A stretch of 29,799 nt of DNA from a virus (lineage: Duplodnaviria; Caudoviricetes): positions 1 to 29,799 of the IMG/VR virus record IMGVR_UViG_3300013131_000177; one strand, 5' to 3'. How positions within the stretch are numbered: position 1 is the stretch's first letter; each line of letters begins with the position of its first letter. A program made the position numbers and the translations under genes. This document shows, in pieces, positions 25,341 to 29,799 of the stretch. The notes under the pieces were generated by a model, which was not told the DNA's origin, searched no databases, and saw only the letters and a program-made list of their open reading frames with translations.

Positions 25341-28300
25341 ATGATTAAAACAGAGTTTGGAACAGTAGTTGTCGACACAAATCTTGTGCCGTATATGCGC
25401 GCAAGAGACATCGAGTTCACAGGTAGAAATCTAAAGCCAGGAAAGATCGCTTCGGTCTTTTTTGACGATATCGCCGTAAACCGTTTCTGTCAGGTTGCAA
25501 ATAAAGTAGAAATTGACGCAAAGAAAGTTATTGCTTTTACTTCTAACTCTTCTACTGCACCAACTGCTGGAGAATTAATTTATCAAGGCAGTTCTAGTGC
25601 ATCAAACACATTCGCTGCAATCGTTGATACTTACTTTTCTGGTAACACCTCTTTCGTTATTCGTTCTCTTTCTGGAAATTTTGATCCTTCTGCATCAATC
25701 TTTGTCGAAAATGGATCATCAGTCACATACGCAAACTTAACAATTATTAGTTCTGTTGAGTATGACAACTCTGATTCATTTTATCCAGGAGAGGGGGTCA
25801 TTGCCACAGGTGCATTAGGAACTAAAGTGTTTGGTAAAGTTATTGCAACTAGTGGTGATGATGTTGTTTATCTAAATCAAAATTTTCATAATTTGAATGT
25901 TGTAGCAACATCTGGTTCAACATTATCAGACTACTCATCTAAATTTAGAGTCGGCGATCTTGTCTATCAAACAGCTGATGGTGCTGCAAGATACGATCTC
26001 GCAACATTCCGTGCTCATGTTGAGTATATTAATCTTACAGATGGTAAGTTGGCTTTAAAGCCAATCGATGGTTACATACTTGCTAATGAAACAAGCACAA
26101 GCACAAATGCGAATGTTAAATTGTGGTGTATCACTGATACCTCTTCACCAAAACCATTACATATTCAAACATTTAATCAAGGTGGATTTCCAGTTAATTC
26201 TTATCTTAAGAGTGCATCAAATACTGCAAATATTAAAATTACATCATACACGCACACATCAGGTGTTCTTGCCAATACATTAAACTCTGGATTGACACAG
26301 GTATTGTTACCAACGAACGCAAATACTGCAGATGCTGCAGGTAATTTGATGTACTTTACCTCTGGAACATCTGCTGGTACTATGAAATTAATCACTGCAG
26401 TGAGCGGAAGAACTGTAACGTTAGATTCTTCGCTTGATCTTGATTATGCATCAAATACACATTATTCATTCGGAAACTTTATTGTTGACGATACAGGTAC
26501 ACTAGCTGGCGTATTCCAAGTTCCAGCATTCCCTGGATTTAAATTTAAGACAGGCAACCGTGTTCTAACAATTACAGACACATCAACTGTTGATGATCCA
26601 GATTATGCAATGCGTGCTGCTGGTTCGTTTGTTTCTAGCGGTATTCTAAAAACAACACAAAGAATTCAAACAACACCAACTCTACCTCCAATGCCTGAGG
26701 TAGATGCTGATGCACTTGTTCGTCCATCTTCACCAGCAGAAAGATCATACAATTCAGATGCTGTTAAAAATCCGACAACTGCATCTACTGGATCAACAAC
26801 ACCTCGTATTAATCTAGGTGATGGATTGTCTCAGACATTCTTTACACCAAAACCAAAAATCAATGCGAACAAACAAGATTATGGCATGTTCGTGACTTCT
26901 GTTGACTTGTTCTTTAAGAGCAAACCATTAACATCACTCGGTTCAATGCAGCTTCCAATTACATTAAAGATTGCTGAAGTTCAAAATGGTTATCCAACAA
27001 AGAACTATCTTGCAGCAAAGACGATTCAGTGTAAGGATGTGAAAATTTCCAATGTGCCAAGCACAGGAAATACCGCAACAATTACTAAATTTACATTTGA
27101 CGATCCAGTGTTTCTAGAACCAGCTAGAGAGTATGCACTCGTTCTTGGATCTGATTCACCAGATTATGAAGTCTTTATTGCTGAGATTGGAGCCGATGTT
27201 CTTGGCGTTACACCAACTCGCCGTATCTCTGAGCAACCATATGCTGGATCATTCTTCCGCTCGCAGAACTCATCAACTTGGACACCTTATCAAAATCAAG
27301 ATCTGATGTTTGTAATTAATAAAGCAGTATTTCATAACTCTGGTGATGGTACTGCTCAGTTTGCTCTCGATTCTGCTCCAGAAGCAAACAATTATGTCGA
27401 TAAGGTGATTCTACTTGCTTCTGATCTAGATTTCCCAGTTACCGATCTTTCTTATAGTCTTCGTGGCATATATGCAAATGGCAGCGGAACTACTCAAGAA
27501 GGTGCTAGTGGTGTTCAGCTTACCAAATTTGCTCCGATTGAATATGGTGCATTGCTTGATAAATCAAATAAGACTTCAATCAATCGCCGTAAATTGCTCA
27601 AAGGTGATGCAAATAGTTTCATCATGACTCTGACGATGTCTACCTCAGATTCAGATATCTCTCCGATTGTGAACATTGAACGACTTGGATTAACTGCATC
27701 AAGATATCTTGTTGATAACGCAGGAATTCCAAATACAACTATTTCTCTATTGGGTTATGGTACTGGATACAATGCAGTTATCGGTACTGCAAATGTAACC
27801 AATGGACAAGAAAAAGTTATTGGCACGAATGATGCTGGAATTACTGCAAATGCTGCAGCCTATCGTCAGTATATTTTTGCAAACAGCCATAATATCGGAT
27901 TTTATGCAATTAATATTTCTGGTGGTGGTGGAACTGGCGCAAAGGGTTTTGCTGTTGCAAATACTGATGGGACGGAAGTTGTAAGTTATGTTGTCATTAC
28001 AGATCCTGGTAGTGGGTATCTAACCACTCCAGCAATTCAAATTGTTTCTGGTAATGCAACACCAAACGCCAATGCAACAGCAGTTATTGCTGGCGAGACA
28101 GGTAAGTCTGGCGGTAATATTCAAGCCAAGTATATTAGTCGTGAGATCGTCCTTGAGGACGGATTCGAATCAGGCGATATGAGAGTGTTTATGGACGCGA
28201 TTCGTCCAACTGGAACAGATATTAATGTTTATTACAAGGTCAAATCTGTAGAGGATAACGATCGTTTTGCAGATAAGAGCTGGCAGTTGATGGAAAAGGT

Positions 28301-28517
28301 GAAGAATACTTATTCTAAGAGCGCAAGATCTTTGATTGGATTAGAGTTTAGACCAGATCTGCTAGAGAACAGACTTTCTTATGTCGAAAATGGTGTAACA
28401 TATCCAATCGGTGGTAAGTTTAAGTCGTTTGCAGTTAAGGTTGTTTTAATGACAACTGACGCTTCGTTAGTACCAAAGGTTAGGAATCTTCGTGTGATTG
28501 CAACTCCAGAGGGTTAA
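25341..28517 (+). CDS. DUF4815/VrlC-like large structural protein, C-terminal part
   Basis: Own AGGA RBS. Begins GTVVVDTNLVPYMRARDIEFTGRNLKP...FFDD, then FKTGNR, DGLSQTF, TSVDLFFKSK, FTFDDPVFL, QPYAGSFFRSQNSSTWTPYQNQDLMF, AKYISR and FKSFAVKVVL...PKVRNLRVIA. Confidence 0.88.
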   Translation: MIKTEFGTVVVDTNLVPYMRARDIEFTGRNLKPGKIASVFFDDIAVNRFCQVANKVEIDAKKVIAFTSNSSTAPTAGELIYQGSSSASNTFAAIVDTYFSGNTSFVIRSLSGNFDPSASIFVENGSSVTYANLTIISSVEYDNSDSFYPGEGVIATGALGTKVFGKVIATSGDDVVYLNQNFHNLNVVATSGSTLSDYSSKFRVGDLVYQTADGAARYDLATFRAHVEYINLTDGKLALKPIDGYILANETSTSTNANVKLWCITDTSSPKPLHIQTFNQGGFPVNSYLKSASNTANIKITSYTHTSGVLANTLNSGLTQVLLPTNANTADAAGNLMYFTSGTSAGTMKLITAVSGRTVTLDSSLDLDYASNTHYSFGNFIVDDTGTLAGVFQVPAFPGFKFKTGNRVLTITDTSTVDDPDYAMRAAGSFVSSGILKTTQRIQTTPTLPPMPEVDADALVRPSSPAERSYNSDAVKNPTTASTGSTTPRINLGDGLSQTFFTPKPKINANKQDYGMFVTSVDLFFKSKPLTSLGSMQLPITLKIAEVQNGYPTKNYLAAKTIQCKDVKISNVPSTGNTATITKFTFDDPVFLEPAREYALVLGSDSPDYEVFIAEIGADVLGVTPTRRISEQPYAGSFFRSQNSSTWTPYQNQDLMFVINKAVFHNSGDGTAQFALDSAPEANNYVDKVILLASDLDFPVTDLSYSLRGIYANGSGTTQEGASGVQLTKFAPIEYGALLDKSNKTSINRRKLLKGDANSFIMTLTMSTSDSDISPIVNIERLGLTASRYLVDNAGIPNTTISLLGYGTGYNAVIGTANVTNGQEKVIGTNDAGITANAAAYRQYIFANSHNIGFYAINISGGGGTGAKGFAVANTDGTEVVSYVVITDPGSGYLTTPAIQIVSGNATPNANATAVIAGETGKSGGNIQAKYISREIVLEDGFESGDMRVFMDAIRPTGTDINVYYKVKSVEDNDRFADKSWQLMEKVKNTYSKSARSLIGLEFRPDLLENRLSYVENGVTYPIGGKFKSFAVKVVLMTTDASLVPKVRNLRVIATPEG

Positions 28518-28520
28518 TTT

Positions 28521-28748
28521 ATGGAAAGCAGAGCGCGGATTAAAGAAAATCCCGATTTTGTCAAAGATGAGCGAGGAATTGCAATTTTAAATACGAATAA
28601 ATCAGCTATCTCAAAACATGAGATTAAGATGGCTGAATTGCGTCGTCAAAAGCAAATAGACGACGACCTAAATAACCTGAAGTCTGAGGTTTCAGATATT
28701 AAGAGTATGCTTTCTCAAATTTTAAAAGCCGTTAGTGGCGAGAAATAG
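28521..28748 (+). CDS. Small coiled-coil protein of the type that follows VrlC-like genes
   Basis: 75 aa, FVKDERGIAILNTN plus heptad-like LNNLKSEVSDIKSMLSQIL. GAGGG RBS. Confidence 0.8.
   Translation: MESRARIKENPDFVKDERGIAILNTNKSAISKHEIKMAELRRQKQIDDDLNNLKSEVSDIKSMLSQILKAVSGEK
28667..28674 (+). promoter_or_regulatory. Candidate late promoter for the fibre gene
   Basis: CCTAAATA 76 nt upstream of ATG 28751. Confidence 0.5.
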
Positions 28749-28750
28749 AC

Positions 28751-29799
28751 ATGGCAAATACAGTTAATGTAGGAATTACAACTAGTGCATGCACCTTTAA
28801 CCAATGGCGCATCACCGACAATCTCATGGCAAATGATGTCAATGAGATTGCTCGTGGCGATTTCATGAAATATAATGGAAATATTGAACTTACAAATGGT
28901 AAAATCACACTATCGAATTCGTCTGGTGGTGTAATTCTTGATGTTCACGATGATACAAATATCGATGGAACTCTGACTGTAAAGGATATCGAAGTCGATA
29001 ACTCAACAGGTCATGTGTATGTCGATGCTGGTGATATTTGGTTTCGCAGAATGGGTTCTGCGGATCGTTTTTGGAATAATGTTAATACATCCTTCTTCGC
29101 CTCAAATGTTTCTATTACAAATGCTGCGTATGGAACATTAAATGTTAATAATCAATTAACAACCATCAACACAACCGTTTATAATATTGCGAATACAAGT
29201 TTGCAAGCAACGATGAATGTTCATCCTGCGAACACTTGGTTCTTCGGCGCAAATGTAAATGTTCAGAATACTGCTGCTGGATCTTTAAATGTATACAACC
29301 GACTAACTCATGTTAACTCTGGTAATGTATACATTGGAAACAACGATCCAGTTTCGAAGTTTATCGTTGAGTCACAAAATGTGATCTTTTTCGGAACAAA
29401 TGTTATTATTTCCAATACAACGACTGGCACATTTAATGTTGATAATCGAATTGTATTGGTTTCTGCTCCGAATGTAATTTACTCAAATACTCATTCTAGT
29501 GCAAGATTTAATGTATTCCCAAATACATTTTTCCACGGCGGTGAAGTAAACATTGCAAATACTGCAATGACGACGACATTCAATGTTCATGCACAGAATG
29601 CAAACTTCTTTGGAACAAATGTTGATATTTCTAACACGACTGTTGGTGGAACATTTAGTGTTAATTCAAATACCTTCTTAACTGCTGCGAATGTTACATT
29701 TGCAAATATCGGTTCAGGTGGTACAGTAAACGTCTCAACGAATACAAACTTCTTTGCTGCCAATGTTCTTGTATCAAATACAACAGTTGGTACATTGAA
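28751..29799 (+). CDS. Putative tail fibre/structural protein with 24-25-aa Asn-rich repeats, partial (runs off the window)
   Basis: Not in the ORF track. I translated it open to the edge: MANTVNVGITTSACTFNQWRITDN... The TFxxWR N-terminal motif recurs in fibre-like proteins of T4-like phages. Confidence 0.8.
   Translation, partial: MANTVNVGITTSACTFNQWRITDNLMANDVNEIARGDFMKYNGNIELTNGKITLSNSSGGVILDVHDDTNIDGTLTVKDIEVDNSTGHVYVDAGDIWFRRMGSADRFWNNVNTSFFASNVSITNAAYGTLNVNNQLTTINTTVYNIANTSLQATMNVHPANTWFFGANVNVQNTAAGSLNVYNRLTHVNSGNVYIGNNDPVSKFIVESQNVIFFGTNVIISNTTTGTFNVDNRIVLVSAPNVIYSNTHSSARFNVFPNTFFHGGEVNIANTAMTTTFNVHAQNANFFGTNVDISNTTVGGTFSVNSNTFLTAANVTFANIGSGGTVNVSTNTNFFAANVLVSNTTVGTL

Noticed and set aside
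25280-25345. Frameshift, readthrough or pseudogene explanation for the DUF4815 split
   Set aside because: The ORFs are in different frames with a 19-nt gap and no obvious slippery site, gene 2 has its own RBS, and both ORFs are long and intact.
1-29799. Alternative genetic code, tRNA or other RNA genes, T6SS/eCIS identity
   Set aside because: Genes tile densely under the standard code with TAA, TAG and TGA all used as stops. Intergenic gaps are too short for RNA genes. gp32, gp2 and gp4 mark this as a phage.

Overview
The window is the tail/baseplate region of a T4-like myovirus with a cyanophage/aquatic-type baseplate. It opens with the 3' end of gp32 and a C(UUCG)G terminator. A minus-strand block follows: gp4, gp2, gp54-like, gp26, gp51 and a tape-measure-like protein carrying a GH19 hydrolase. 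The plus-strand block is gp48, gp53, gp27-like, gp5 without a lysozyme domain, an unknown 293-aa protein, gp25, gp6, gp7, gp8, a DUF4815/VrlC-like protein, a small coiled-coil protein and the start of a repetitive fibre gene. Two observations stand out. (1) The DUF4815/VrlC-like protein appears split into two genes, and the first half ends in a polyproline rod, a polyglycine linker and a non-canonical Hint (intein-like) domain (Cys...His-Asn-Met), suggesting autoprocessing or ligation of a virion protein. (2) gp7 has four 10-aa first strands followed by four 57-aa domain bodies, which fits domains nested inside one another rather than arranged in tandem; gp8 shows the same pattern. All family calls come from motif recognition and synteny by eye; no searches were run.
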